A stretch of 49,189 nucleotides of DNA, from sequence record DRR723986_5537, one strand, 5' to 3'. Under the pieces are notes generated by a model. It searched no databases and was not told the origin of the DNA. It saw only the letters and a list, made by a program, of their open reading frames with translations. Every line of letters starts with the position of its first letter. The first letter of the stretch is position 1. Shown here in pieces: positions 10,218 to 20,543 of the stretch. The position numbers were made by a program, and so were the translations under genes.

Positions 10218-11720
10218 CTAGCGTGCAAGCCAGCGACCGAGGAAGTAGAGTGCAACAACGACAGTGGACAAGCAAATTGCAGAAACACCGATGTGAACAT
10301 TCTCTAAGACTAGTAGCGGCAGACCAACGGTCAGCATGCCGCCACCGATAAATGGGGATGACAATGGGGCCGCCAATGCGTAGTCTTCCGATGCACCGGA
10401 TTCGAGATCTTTGTCCACAATCTTCAGTAGCGTGAAACCTGTCGCGGTCGTACCTGTCGACATACCGTAATTGAGTATGCCGAGTTGAAACCAGTAGTCG
10501 CTGGGCAGCAGCTTCCGAGCAATAACGAGCAAGCAGAAGCCCGTCCAAACGAATGCCGCGAGCACTAAAATGGCAAGTGGTATCGCTACGCCAGCAATAG
10601 CTTCCAGTCGCAGTGTAGCAATGGCCGCGACGATCAAGAACTCCATTGCGCAGCCGCTGATGCGTTCAATGCTGCCTGGATCTATCAAGTCGCCGATTCG
10701 GAACCAACTGAGTACCTGCCTGACGATCAACCCACCAAATAGCGTGTAGATAAACAGCGGCATGCCTCCAACGGTTCCCGCAAGCGAAACGCGTTTCAGC
10801 AGTTCCCCACTTGCTGCGTCGGCGCCTATTGCCGCACCAACTTCAGACGGGCTAGCTCCTGGAAGACCATCGGTTGCGTCGCCATCGGCATCCTCACCTA
10901 CCATGGCCGCTATCTCTTCAGACTCTTCGGCCGCGACCGTCTCAACTCTAGTAGGCGCAACTGCATAGCTCACCGCCTGCTGCATCGCATACCCCAAGCC
11001 GAAAGCTGAGGCTACGATCAAGAATTGAAAAACAAGCGGATCGACGACCTCCGGGCGAATCCTGCCTAGGGCAATTGGCTGCGGTGCATGCCGAGTCTCA
11101 AGCCCTTGAACCAACTCCACTTTCTCAGCGCGTCCTAACCACCCAAGTCGAATGGCCAAGTTTACATAGATGACACCGCTCACAACACTGAAGACCAGCC
11201 CAACAGTTGCCATGAACAAGCCCAGGTCCAGTCCGTTGTCTAATCCAATCGCGTCACTCTCAAAGACAGTCCCCATTGCAGCGGCCGTACCATGCCCGCC
11301 GGCAAAACCGGTCTCGATCAGCATCGCAAATGAGTTGGGAACGTCAAAAAACGGTTGAATCAGAAGCCATGTGCAGACCAGACCAATCGCAGTCTGGCCG
11401 AGCACGATGATCCATACCACGATCCCTTCGCGGCTGGCAAGCCGTAAGCTCTGACGGAGTGGGCGGCCGGGGCGTTGCAAGAACATGCACGCGAAGACCA
11501 CAGCGATCAATGTGCCCGGCCAAGAACTTAGTTCTTGCAGTACTGCATTACCATCGAACAATGACGCTTCGGTAAACCAATCGGCCTGAGCGACCGCCAA
11601 CCCAACCAATCCGCCAACGATCGACGCCGGGACGAATATCCACTGAAGCGGTTTGAGCGTCACGCGCAGCACGACGCCGATGACGAGCAAGAGGACAGCA
11701 AAAAAGATCGCGATAAGCAT
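10218..11720 (-). CDS. gltS: Sodium/glutamate symporter (GltS family)
   Basis: Multi-TM protein with VPASIVGG, GFAGGHGTAAA and GMSTGTTATG hairpin motifs. Confidence 0.85.
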   Translation of the reverse strand: MLIAIFFAVLLLVIGVVLRVTLKPLQWIFVPASIVGGLVGLAVAQADWFTEASLFDGNAVLQELSSWPGTLIAVVFACMFLQRPGRPLRQSLRLASREGIVVWIIVLGQTAIGLVCTWLLIQPFFDVPNSFAMLIETGFAGGHGTAAAMGTVFESDAIGLDNGLDLGLFMATVGLVFSVVSGVIYVNLAIRLGWLGRAEKVELVQGLETRHAPQPIALGRIRPEVVDPLVFQFLIVASAFGLGYAMQQAVSYAVAPTRVETVAAEESEEIAAMVGEDADGDATDGLPGASPSEVGAAIGADAASGELLKRVSLAGTVGGMPLFIYTLFGGLIVRQVLSWFRIGDLIDPGSIERISGCAMEFLIVAAIATLRLEAIAGVAIPLAILVLAAFVWTGFCLLVIARKLLPSDYWFQLGILNYGMSTGTTATGFTLLKIVDKDLESGASEDYALAAPLSSPFIGGGMLTVGLPLLVLENVHIGVSAICLSTVVVALYFLGRWLAR

Positions 11721-11823
11721 GGACGCGCCGGTTGGCAGAAAGGCTTTTCAGGTCAACATTGACTCGATGCGTTATACACCGATTCTCAATCCGCGGTGAC
11801 CCTCGCTTTCTTAAACCGCCGAA

Positions 11824-12447
11824 CTATTGAGGCATTTCCTCTGACTCACCGGCCTCGATTGATAGACACACGTGGTAGGTATATTCGTCGATAGCGCCAT
11901 CTGGAAAATCGGAATCAACGACTCCAGAATAGAAATACATCAGTTGCAACTCGTCGTTACTCCATCCAATCGATTGGCCGCCGCCATACCCACCGCTGGA
12001 ACCGCGAAAGAACGTGGGATCGCGCTTCAGATAGGCAAGCTGTCCGGCAACATTCATGCCGCCAGCAAAACGCATCGGATTGTCCATCTCCACCTCAGGT
12101 GAATAGTCCCGCAAGTCAACGAGTTGCAAGGCGACACGGACACTGGCAGAAGCGTCTTCAATTCGAAATGCGCCCACCTTAAGCACGGCGTCTGCAGTCT
12201 CACGAGAGATGTTCTCACCAAGATCGATTCGACCGACAGCTCGCCGTATCTCATAAACAAGGACGTCACCTGGCTTCACCGTCGACGGCAAGACCACATC
12301 GTACGACCATTGCTTACCCGCAGGAAGAAGCACATCGTTCTTCGACTCGACTAGCTCAGCCCCCGGTGTGGAGAGACTGCGAGTGTATCGGTTGACAAAA
12401 AAGAACGCACAGAAAAGGAGAAAACCGATGGCGACAATGTAACGCAT
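11824..12447 (-). CDS. Membrane-anchored hypothetical protein
   Basis: N-terminal hydrophobic helix from ATG 12447 within ORF 11824..12480. Confidence 0.7.
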   Translation of the reverse strand: MRYIVAIGFLLFCAFFFVNRYTRSLSTPGAELVESKNDVLLPAGKQWSYDVVLPSTVKPGDVLVYEIRRAVGRIDLGENISRETADAVLKVGAFRIEDASASVRVALQLVDLRDYSPEVEMDNPMRFAGGMNVAGQLAYLKRDPTFFRGSSGGYGGGQSIGWSNDELQLMYFYSGVVDSDFPDGAIDEYTYHVCLSIEAGESEEMPQ

Positions 12448-12555
12448 TGTTGCAACCTGTAACGCGAGCGTGACGGACACAGTGAGTCATCAAATCTACC
12501 AAGCCCCTCATCCATTGTAAAGCATTTCACCAGGTGAGTTACGGTTGCCGGCGGC

Positions 12556-13131
12556 TCAAACTTCTTCAGGCGCCCTCTGTCCTTTTCTGCTCTTAGTATC
12601 GGTTTGTGGGGCCAGCCATCTACCTACGAGCATTCCACATGGCGGGCCAAGCAAAATGGCAAGGGGAATAACCGTCTCCCGGCTATAGTCGATGCAGTCG
12701 CTCGACGCTCCCTTTGACCGATTGAAGGGCTGCTGGTCCGCGGCGAATGCAGCGCCAAGGGTTGCAATGACTGTAACAAAGATCGCTCCCAACAGGCCGA
12801 AGACTGCGTGGCGGATCCAAGGCCCGAATTTCGCCGCTGCGACAAACGGGCCTATTGCGGCAAAAGTAGCAATAAATGCAACGACGGTTGTCTGAGCAAA
12901 GCGTCGAACCGCACGGTGAAACTTGACACTGTCAACGTAGTCCGCCCGTTGTATGACGTAGTCGTCCGTTAGCGCGGCAGCATAGACGCCGACGACCAAC
13001 CCCAGGGCCGTTCTGCTGATCACTCCTACAACAATAGCCCTGACTACAAATGCAACCTCTGCTCGCCAGACGCTGTTTCTCTTGTCAAATGATTCCGCTG
13101 GAGCCATTCTCGAGTTCATGTAACTTGGCAT
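12556..13131 (-). CDS. Hypothetical membrane protein (~4 TM)
   Basis: 191 aa ORF with several hydrophobic segments; start uncertain. Confidence 0.65.
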   Translation of the reverse strand: MPSYMNSRMAPAESFDKRNSVWRAEVAFVVRAIVVGVISRTALGLVVGVYAAALTDDYVIQRADYVDSVKFHRAVRRFAQTTVVAFIATFAAIGPFVAAAKFGPWIRHAVFGLLGAIFVTVIATLGAAFAADQQPFNRSKGASSDCIDYSRETVIPLAILLGPPCGMLVGRWLAPQTDTKSRKGQRAPEEV

Positions 13132-13549
13132 CTATCTGCTCCTGAACCCATTCATCATCGTCGATGTGCACAGTACCTTGCAGAACCGCGCCGTGGAGTA
13201 ACGAATCATCGCTACCAAAGTAAAGGAACTGCCCACCGACATATAGAAGAGAGCAACACTTTCGCTCGCCGTCTAGTAGTTCAACCGTATCGACTTCCGA
13301 GGGAACGGTTGCCAAATACGATCCCCAGTGCGCGTTTCGAAGCACTTGGATGAACCGACGTACTTCGCGCTGCTTTGATATCTCGAGCCCTTCAATCCGT
13401 ACTACATCCACATCACCCAAGCGCTGAAAAAATTCTGGCGTCGCACCTGGCGAACCATTGCTTGAGCTAAGTCCTGGTGAGACGCACCCTCCAAATATGC
13501 TAAAGGAGAGCAAACATAGCAGCTTTAGACATAGGACGTTCAGCTTCAC
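13085..13549 (-). CDS. Hypothetical lipoprotein
   Basis: Signal peptide ending IFGG-C; AAGGA upstream of the GTG. Confidence 0.65.
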   Translation of the reverse strand: MKLNVLCLKLLCLLSFSIFGGCVSPGLSSSNGSPGATPEFFQRLGDVDVVRIEGLEISKQREVRRFIQVLRNAHWGSYLATVPSEVDTVELLDGERKCCSLLYVGGQFLYFGSDDSLLHGAVLQGTVHIDDDEWVQEQIDAKLHELENGSSGII

Positions 13550-13851
13550 CCGAAATGTTCCTTGTACAGTGAAGACTTAGACGAGTGATCCCAAAACCTT
13601 GCGAACGAATCGTAGCTTCTCTTTGACTCGTGGGAATGCACTTCGTTTTTCAAATGATTCATGCCCCCAGCCGGAAATTCTACAGAACTAGTTAGCCTGG
13701 CGTGACTTCATGCAGGCAGGCGACAGGCAACAATTCTCCAAATTTTGCAATTCGGCAGCGAAGATTTCGTCCCGATGGAGAGGTATTCAGTAGAGGGCGA
13801 CGCGTGCGTGCGTTGCGTCGGCAGGCTGAGACCACAAAATTGGTGAACAGA

Positions 13852-16773
13852 ATGAAACGAAGAACCATCGAAGCATGCCTTTCCGCGGGCATCGCATTGC
13901 TCGCATTGACGAGTTGCTTCGCACAGGCAGAACGTCGACTGACTGGCTCAGAACAGCAAGAATTGGTGAAGCGCGTGGCTCACCTTGTCGGCGAACGATA
14001 TGTTTTTGAAGAGCCAGGGCGAAGAATTCAAGAAGCGCTACTTCAGCGCGTTGACACGGGCGACTACCAGTCTCCGCTCTCGCGAAAGGACTTTGCCAAG
14101 GCACTTACCAAAGACTTGCAGTTCGTAAACGGAGACCGGCATTTGATGGTCTGGCCTGTACCGGATTCTCAAAACGAGCAAACACCGTTCGACTTTGGCC
14201 CCACTCATGGAGCACCAGCCAACTTCGGACTGACCACGGCCGAGACAATTGACGGCAACGTTGGCTATCTGAAGTTCTCGAACTTCTCAATGGATGAAAT
14301 GTACCGCGATGCTTGTATCGCCATCGACCGCGCGATGGGCAAGCTCGACACAATAGATGCGTGCATCGTGGACCTGAGAGGAAATCCGGGTGGTGGGGCG
14401 CGCCTGGGAACCTACTTGGCAAGCTATTTCTTCGGCGAAACGCCAGTGTTGCTGAACACTTACAAGTTCCGGCAACGTGACGATATGGAATGCTGGACGT
14501 TAAGTGAGCTTCCCGTGCGTCGACATCCTCAGATTCCCTTGTGCGTTCTCGTTGACGAGGACACGTTCTCGGCCTCCGAGGGATTCGCTTTTCAGTTGAA
14601 GCATCACAATCGCGCGACCATCGTTGGCCAGCCCTCGGGCGGTGGCTCGCACGGCGGTTCCACTGTGCTACTGAACCACGGCTTAGAGGTGTTCATCCCA
14701 TTCTCTCGAAGCGTCCACCCGAAGACCGACGTTGACTTCGAAGGTGTTGGCGTGCAACCCGATATCAGGGTGCCGTCAAGCCAAGCACTTACAGCCGCAC
14801 ATCGGCACTTGATCAATCGACTTCGTCAAGTCGGGAGTCCTGACAAACTCGCAGGCTATGAACTGCCGCTGGCAAAGCCAAATCTGCAGTCCAAAGAGGA
14901 GCTTGAGATCGACACCGCTGCGAGCAACGAGGACGAGATTGCGATCACGTTCGACACCAAAACTCTGCCAGCTCGGATGGAGAAGGCCGCGAATGCGCTA
15001 CTGCGTGAGCAACACTGGCCCGGCCTCGCCGTCGTGGTCGTTCACAAAGGCGAGACTGTATTCAAGAAGGGCTTCGGCTATGCCAATCTTGAGTCGAAGA
15101 AGCCCGTTGATGCAGACAGAACGATATTCCGCATCGGATCGATATCCAAGGCGCTGACACTGCTAACGTTAACGCGACAGATTGACCGAGGTCGAATTAG
15201 CCATGCGACACCGGTAGACAATTGGCATATTGCGTTTGCCGAGAAAGCTCAGGTCGAACAGCCGCTGACAATCGATCACTTGTTGACGCACACAACCGGG
15301 CTGGATCAAATCGGCGTTGACCGGCAGGAGCAAGGCCTTCATCGACCACTGGCCGAACGAATTGCACGCCGCGGCAGCCTGGCTGACTTCCTGACGCCAA
15401 ACAATTTACGGCGGGTCAACGAACCAGGTGTGACGCTTCGATACGACACCTACGGGACGACTCTCGCTGGGCACATTCTCGAGAAGCTGACTGAAAGCGA
15501 GTATGCCGTTGCGATGCAAGCTGAGCTATTCGACGTGCTTGGTATGAATAGCACATCCGTGGAAACTCGCACCGCCGATCGTGGCCGTCTTGCAGTTGGA
15601 TATCAATACAGCGATGGTCAGTTCGGTGCACGTCCTTACGAGGTGTACCGAACCACGCCAGCTTCTTCGATTGACTCCACGGCAGGAGACATGGCGCGGC
15701 TGTTGGAAGCGCTTACCACCGACGGCTCGAACTCAGTCGGACGCTTCCTGTCAAAAAAGATGCTGACGCAAGTTTTCTCACCCCATTTCCGCGTTCATCC
15801 CAAATTCTGCGGAGTCTCCCATGGCTTGTTTGAATCGTGGACGTCGGACGACGGCACAGTTGATGTTCACTTGCGGTCGCTCGGACACGGCGGCTCAATG
15901 GATGGCTATCGCGCCGCCTTGACGATCATCCCCTCCGAGCAGATCGGAGTCTTCGTGGCAACCAATCGTTCTCCAAGCGATAGTAGTTGGCCCGTCGACT
16001 TTCGCCCGTTGATGGATGTGGTTCTGAGTAGCCTGAAGGGTGCTCCGTCGAAGCCGACCATCGCGGTGCCGCCGCCTTCAAAGCGAGACTTAGGGGAATA
16101 TGCAGGCGACTTTTACTATGGAATGTACTGTCACTCAATGACTGCTGCCGATCAAGGGCAGGGAGCTTGGCTCCGCGAGCCAGCGACAAGCGTCAATCCT
16201 GACGCGGGTGGGTTGCGAATTGGTGACGAGCTCTTCCTGCATAAGGGTAACGATTTGTTCGTCGAATCGAACGGGCAACGCATGCTCACATTCAGCCGAG
16301 ATGCTTCCGGAAAAGTGGCATCTTTTACGTACTCAACCAGCCCCGATACCTTCGAGCGTGCGAACTCGCTCTACCGCGAGTACCCTTCTTTGGCCCAGCG
16401 ATTCTACGAACTTGCCGCCGAAGGAGATCTAAAAGCAGCCATGGAGTTCTTCGCTCTACAACGCGACCAAAAAGAGTTCTATCTTCGCGAAGCCGAATTC
16501 AACAACGCCGGGTACGCACTCCTGCGTTCCGACGACACAGCCGCCGCGATCGCCGCCTTCCGAATCAATACTGAGCTCTACCCTGAATCTTGGAACGCCC
16601 ACGATAGCTTGGGGGAAGCTCTGGCAGAAGCTGGAGATATCGCAGCCGCGATCGCCAGCTATACTCGTAGTGTCGACCTGAATCCCAACAACCATGCGGG
16701 CAAGCAGCGATTGATGGAACTCCGCCACTTGAACTCCACCAATGAAGCACCAGACGATCAAGCGGAACGATAG
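13852..16773 (+). CDS. Secreted fusion: S41 (IRBP-like) peptidase + beta-lactamase-family serine hydrolase + TPR
   Basis: S41: VGYLKFSNF, DLRGNPGG, TFSASE, GVGVQPDI. Serine hydrolase: FRIGSISK (SxxK), LLTHTTG, GHGG. TPR: NAHDSLGEALA. Signal peptide from ATG 13852. Confidence 0.9.
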   Translation: MKRRTIEACLSAGIALLALTSCFAQAERRLTGSEQQELVKRVAHLVGERYVFEEPGRRIQEALLQRVDTGDYQSPLSRKDFAKALTKDLQFVNGDRHLMVWPVPDSQNEQTPFDFGPTHGAPANFGLTTAETIDGNVGYLKFSNFSMDEMYRDACIAIDRAMGKLDTIDACIVDLRGNPGGGARLGTYLASYFFGETPVLLNTYKFRQRDDMECWTLSELPVRRHPQIPLCVLVDEDTFSASEGFAFQLKHHNRATIVGQPSGGGSHGGSTVLLNHGLEVFIPFSRSVHPKTDVDFEGVGVQPDIRVPSSQALTAAHRHLINRLRQVGSPDKLAGYELPLAKPNLQSKEELEIDTAASNEDEIAITFDTKTLPARMEKAANALLREQHWPGLAVVVVHKGETVFKKGFGYANLESKKPVDADRTIFRIGSISKALTLLTLTRQIDRGRISHATPVDNWHIAFAEKAQVEQPLTIDHLLTHTTGLDQIGVDRQEQGLHRPLAERIARRGSLADFLTPNNLRRVNEPGVTLRYDTYGTTLAGHILEKLTESEYAVAMQAELFDVLGMNSTSVETRTADRGRLAVGYQYSDGQFGARPYEVYRTTPASSIDSTAGDMARLLEALTTDGSNSVGRFLSKKMLTQVFSPHFRVHPKFCGVSHGLFESWTSDDGTVDVHLRSLGHGGSMDGYRAALTIIPSEQIGVFVATNRSPSDSSWPVDFRPLMDVVLSSLKGAPSKPTIAVPPPSKRDLGEYAGDFYYGMYCHSMTAADQGQGAWLREPATSVNPDAGGLRIGDELFLHKGNDLFVESNGQRMLTFSRDASGKVASFTYSTSPDTFERANSLYREYPSLAQRFYELAAEGDLKAAMEFFALQRDQKEFYLREAEFNNAGYALLRSDDTAAAIAAFRINTELYPESWNAHDSLGEALAEAGDIAAAIASYTRSVDLNPNNHAGKQRLMELRHLNSTNEAPDDQAER

Positions 16774-16864
16774 ATCTGCGGCTCTCGACGTACCACCTCG
16801 CCCGTTGGTTACTTACGCACCATCACACTCGGAAGTCCCTGAGTCGAAAATCTAGTCAGTCACG

Positions 16865-17491
16865 ATGCCAGATCTACCACAAACCCGTCACAGCCTGCTG
16901 GTTCGCCTGACCGACCATAGCCAGGACGCTTGGGTTGAGTTCGTTGACATCTACCAGCAATCGCTGCTGGCGTTCGCACGGTCGAAGGGACTTCAAGATG
17001 CCGACGCGCTCGATCTAACCCAGCAGGTGATGCAAGCGGTGGAAAAGAAGTTGCCGTCGTGGAAGCTAGATCGTCAAAACGGTTCGTTTCGCGGTTGGCT
17101 GTTTCGTGTGGCACGGAACATCGCGATCGATACAACCCGCAGGCAATTTCGATCTCCTGCAACGGGCCGCGACACAGAGCTTCAGCATGCACCCGAGGGC
17201 GCGGATGGCAGCGAGTTTGATCTTGAGTTCGCACGCCAGGTGTTTGCCTGGGCCGTCAAGCAGGCTCGACCTCATTTTGCAGAGTCGACGTGGGCGGCTT
17301 TCGTCATGACCTCAATTGAAAACCAGAAGCCATCGGCCGTCGCAAATGAACTTGGCCTCTCCACCGGGAGGGTCTATGCGGCAAGGTATCGCGTCGTGGC
17401 AAAACTGCAGAAACTGGTATCCGACTTCCAAGAGTCCTGCGAACTTCCATCGCTGACTGACTTCAGGGACAAAGGAGCCGGCACGAAATGA
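16865..17491 (+). CDS. ECF RNA polymerase sigma factor (kinase-associated planctomycete type)
   Basis: TRHSLLVRL, AWVEFVDIY, GSFRGWLFRVARN, region 4 VANELGLSTGRVYAARYRV. Confidence 0.92.
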   Translation: MPDLPQTRHSLLVRLTDHSQDAWVEFVDIYQQSLLAFARSKGLQDADALDLTQQVMQAVEKKLPSWKLDRQNGSFRGWLFRVARNIAIDTTRRQFRSPATGRDTELQHAPEGADGSEFDLEFARQVFAWAVKQARPHFAESTWAAFVMTSIENQKPSAVANELGLSTGRVYAARYRVVAKLQKLVSDFQESCELPSLTDFRDKGAGTK

Positions 17492-17540
17492 GCACTTCGC
17501 AAAACCGCCATCCCTCCAACAACCTTGGGAAGTGGCATCA

Positions 17541-19700
17541 ATGAAGTCGACCACCTGCTTAACGACCGACGCAATTCAAGCGTGGCTTGCCGATTCCCTC
17601 CCGCATGATCAAGCAAACTCTTTTGAAGAACACTTGGGCGACTGTCCCACATGCCAACGAGCGGTAGAGAACGTACTGGCCGACTCAGCGTCGCAACCTG
17701 ATTTCGAACAACAATTGAAACATGTATTCCACTCTGCAGCGGCGCTGACTGACGCGACCGCATCGCAGGAACTTGCTTTCGGAACTGGGCGACAATCTGA
17801 TTCCGAAGCAATGGAGCTGCTGGGGCCAACGGACGATCCGAAGATGCTCGGCCGGCTTGGACGATACGAAGTCTCTGGTGTGATCGGCAGTGGCGCGACC
17901 AGCTATGTTTACAAGGCACTTGATACGGCGCTGAACCGCATTGTTGCGCTCAAGCTGCTCTCACCGTCGCTCGCGCATCTCGGGGCCTCTCGAAAGCGTT
18001 TTCAGCGCGAGGGCCGGGCGATCGCCGCCGTTCGAGATCCGCATGTGGTCGATGTCTACGGCGTGGAGTCACACAATGGGATGCCATTCATTGTAATGCA
18101 GTATGTCTCCGGTGGCTCACTCCAGTCGCGCCTGGACGCTGATGGTGAAATGCGAAACGAGGCAGTGATTAGGATTGGTCTGCAAGTTGCCCGAGGGCTA
18201 GCCGCGGCGCACTCTCAGGGCATTATCCACCGCGACATCAAGCCGTCGAATATCTTGATGGAACCAGGCGGCGATCGGGCAATCGTATCCGACTTCGGAC
18301 TAGCCCACGTTGCTGGCGATGCTCCGATGACACAAACCGGCATGATTGCGGGCACACCACAGTACATGTCCCCGGAGCAAGCGGACGCTCGGACGCTGGA
18401 CGTGCGTACTGATCTGTTCAGCTTGGGTGCTGTCCTTTACGCGGCCTGCACTGGGCAGCCGCCGTTTCGACAGGGCTCAATTCTTGGCATTCTGCGAGCA
18501 GTCACCGAATCCGAGCCACCCGCAATTCGCCAACTCAATCCGCAAGTACCACCCTGGCTCGAAGGCCTGATTAGGAAGCTGATGTCGAAAGAGCCCGACG
18601 CTCGCCTCCAAACCGCAAGTGAAGTGGCACAGGTACTGTCGGAAGAGCTCTCCTATGCTCAGTCTCCCGAACAGTCCGACGCGCCTCAACGTGACTGGTG
18701 GGCTGAATCGCGTCCGGACGCTCCGAAACCAAGCACGGCATTCCGCCCCAGAACGATTGTGGTATTGCTGGGCTTGTCCTGCCTGTTGATTGGGGGCTAC
18801 GCGATTTCCCAATCCGGCTCAACAGCTATCGATTCCAATGGCGGCCGTACAAACAGACCCGACCAACTGCCCCGGGCTGACGGCCTGCGAAGCGATCCAA
18901 TTGGGGCGTCAGACCGTGCGGACTACCTGACGAAGATCACGCCCACGACTGCCGAATTGAATCACGGCGTTGCCAAGGCAGCTTACGATTTGAGCTACGA
19001 AACGCATGTTCAAGAGGCGAGCTTGAGCGGCGATATGCAGGAATCGATTGAGCGTCACATCAAAGCAATGCGTCTGGGCTACGATCCAGCCCGCTCGGCC
19101 TTCAATCTGGCCCGCGCTTACGCTCTGGAGGGGCGAACGATTGAAGCGATCGAGTACCTTAGAATCGCCATCAACGCTGGCTTCTGCGATAGCCAGGCGA
19201 CCGAGACACATCGCGATCTCCGCCGCATCCGCAAGTCGAGCGAATTCCTGAGCCTACTAAAGAAAATTGCAGATTCAGAGAGCGAGCTAGACCAACTCAA
19301 GTCGACATATTTTCTAGATGCGGAGTATTCTGCCGCAGCCGAACTCGCCAAACAACGTCTCGCGAAGTACCCAAACGACGAATTCGCGCAACTCTTGCTC
19401 GCGGGAGCGTTAACGGAAATCGCCTTCCTAGACCGCAGCAAAATCGAGATGGCGAAAATTTGGAACCAGCGGATTCGAGATTCGGTCCGGTACGCCAACT
19501 TTGGCTCATATAATCTCGGATGCATCGCACTGATGGAGGGTAAAATCCAATCAGCCCTGGACCACCTGCACTACGCCGCATCGACTGGATTCACTGACTC
19601 GGAGCATCTCGTCAACGACCCAATGCTAGCCGAACTGCACAACGACCCAAGATTCACTGAGCTTGCCAAAACCATGCTCGGTCGCAGCCAGTCTCGCTAG
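17541..19700 (+). CDS. Membrane Ser/Thr protein kinase with N-terminal zinc anti-sigma (HxxxCxxC) motif and C-terminal TPRs
   Basis: HLGDCPTC; VALK, HRDIKPSN, DFG, GTPQYMSPEQ; TM IVVLLGLSCLLIGGYAI; TPRs FNLARAYA and YNLGCIA. Confidence 0.93.
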   Translation: MKSTTCLTTDAIQAWLADSLPHDQANSFEEHLGDCPTCQRAVENVLADSASQPDFEQQLKHVFHSAAALTDATASQELAFGTGRQSDSEAMELLGPTDDPKMLGRLGRYEVSGVIGSGATSYVYKALDTALNRIVALKLLSPSLAHLGASRKRFQREGRAIAAVRDPHVVDVYGVESHNGMPFIVMQYVSGGSLQSRLDADGEMRNEAVIRIGLQVARGLAAAHSQGIIHRDIKPSNILMEPGGDRAIVSDFGLAHVAGDAPMTQTGMIAGTPQYMSPEQADARTLDVRTDLFSLGAVLYAACTGQPPFRQGSILGILRAVTESEPPAIRQLNPQVPPWLEGLIRKLMSKEPDARLQTASEVAQVLSEELSYAQSPEQSDAPQRDWWAESRPDAPKPSTAFRPRTIVVLLGLSCLLIGGYAISQSGSTAIDSNGGRTNRPDQLPRADGLRSDPIGASDRADYLTKITPTTAELNHGVAKAAYDLSYETHVQEASLSGDMQESIERHIKAMRLGYDPARSAFNLARAYALEGRTIEAIEYLRIAINAGFCDSQATETHRDLRRIRKSSEFLSLLKKIADSESELDQLKSTYFLDAEYSAAAELAKQRLAKYPNDEFAQLLLAGALTEIAFLDRSKIEMAKIWNQRIRDSVRYANFGSYNLGCIALMEGKIQSALDHLHYAASTGFTDSEHLVNDPMLAELHNDPRFTELAKTMLGRSQSR

Positions 19701-19748
19701 CCACAATACACTCACGCCTGCTCAAGTGTTGCCCCGGGTGCTGGTGTA

Positions 19749-20543
19749 TCACTTCGACTGTAGCCACACGGGGTTCGACGATTTCGATGTATTGTTGACC
19801 AGCGTAGTTGTTCCACTGGCTGATACCACAAAGCACTCCAACTTGGTATCGCGAGGCGGAAAACAAAGCGTGTCCAACGCCACAGGCGGACAAACTAGGA
19901 TTGCGACCTTTGAAGAATCCATCTTCATAGGGGCTGTGACATAGCCTCGCTTGGAATCTGGGAACTGCACCTCGAGCGGACTGACAGACGACGCCATACG
20001 CCAAGATTCCGCAATGCCCTCAGGTGTTGGAACGAAAAAGTCATAGCGAAAGTGATCTCTCTTGAGCCCTAGGCGGACACCAGCTTCCGCCCACGACTCG
20101 TTGTACTTCAGCGCAATCCGAAGCGTCGAAAAATCGTGCGAGCTGTTGTAAACAAAAACGCGAATCCTATTCGTCTCTGTCTTCTCAATGCCCGATGGAT
20201 CAAGCAGAAACTCGGGCTCCCCGTGATCAGTCTCTACGATCTTGCTTGGGTACTTCTCCTTCACTGACGCAATTGCCTTGATCAATCTCTCCCGCATCGG
20301 ACCGGAAAGACTGGATAGGTCTAGTTTTTTATATCCTGCGTATCCGCAGAAGGTAGTGCCCATCTCCTCGGGCCGATCGTAGTCGACGGTTGAAAGCTCT
20401 CCACTCTTCAGGGATTTCCATTCGGCTTGATCGATCTCGAAGTAGAAGAACGCGTCGCCGGGAATGAAATAACTGCTGTTTGCGCCGCAGGGCTTGACGA
20501 ACAACAAGCAGAACCCAGCGATAAACAAAATTCGTGATGTCAT
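19749..20543 (-). CDS. Secreted hypothetical protein
   Basis: 264 aa ORF with signal peptide; GAGGGA upstream of the ATG. Confidence 0.75.
   Translation of the reverse strand: MTSRILFIAGFCLLFVKPCGANSSYFIPGDAFFYFEIDQAEWKSLKSGELSTVDYDRPEEMGTTFCGYAGYKKLDLSSLSGPMRERLIKAIASVKEKYPSKIVETDHGEPEFLLDPSGIEKTETNRIRVFVYNSSHDFSTLRIALKYNESWAEAGVRLGLKRDHFRYDFFVPTPEGIAESWRMASSVSPLEVQFPDSKRGYVTAPMKMDSSKVAILVCPPVALDTLCFPPRDTKLECFVVSASGTTTLVNNTSKSSNPVWLQSK

Noticed and set aside
14960-16050. Calling the SxxK domain an antibiotic-resistance beta-lactamase
   Set aside because: The fold is shared by many peptidases and esterases, the YxN motif is altered, and activity cannot be read from sequence.
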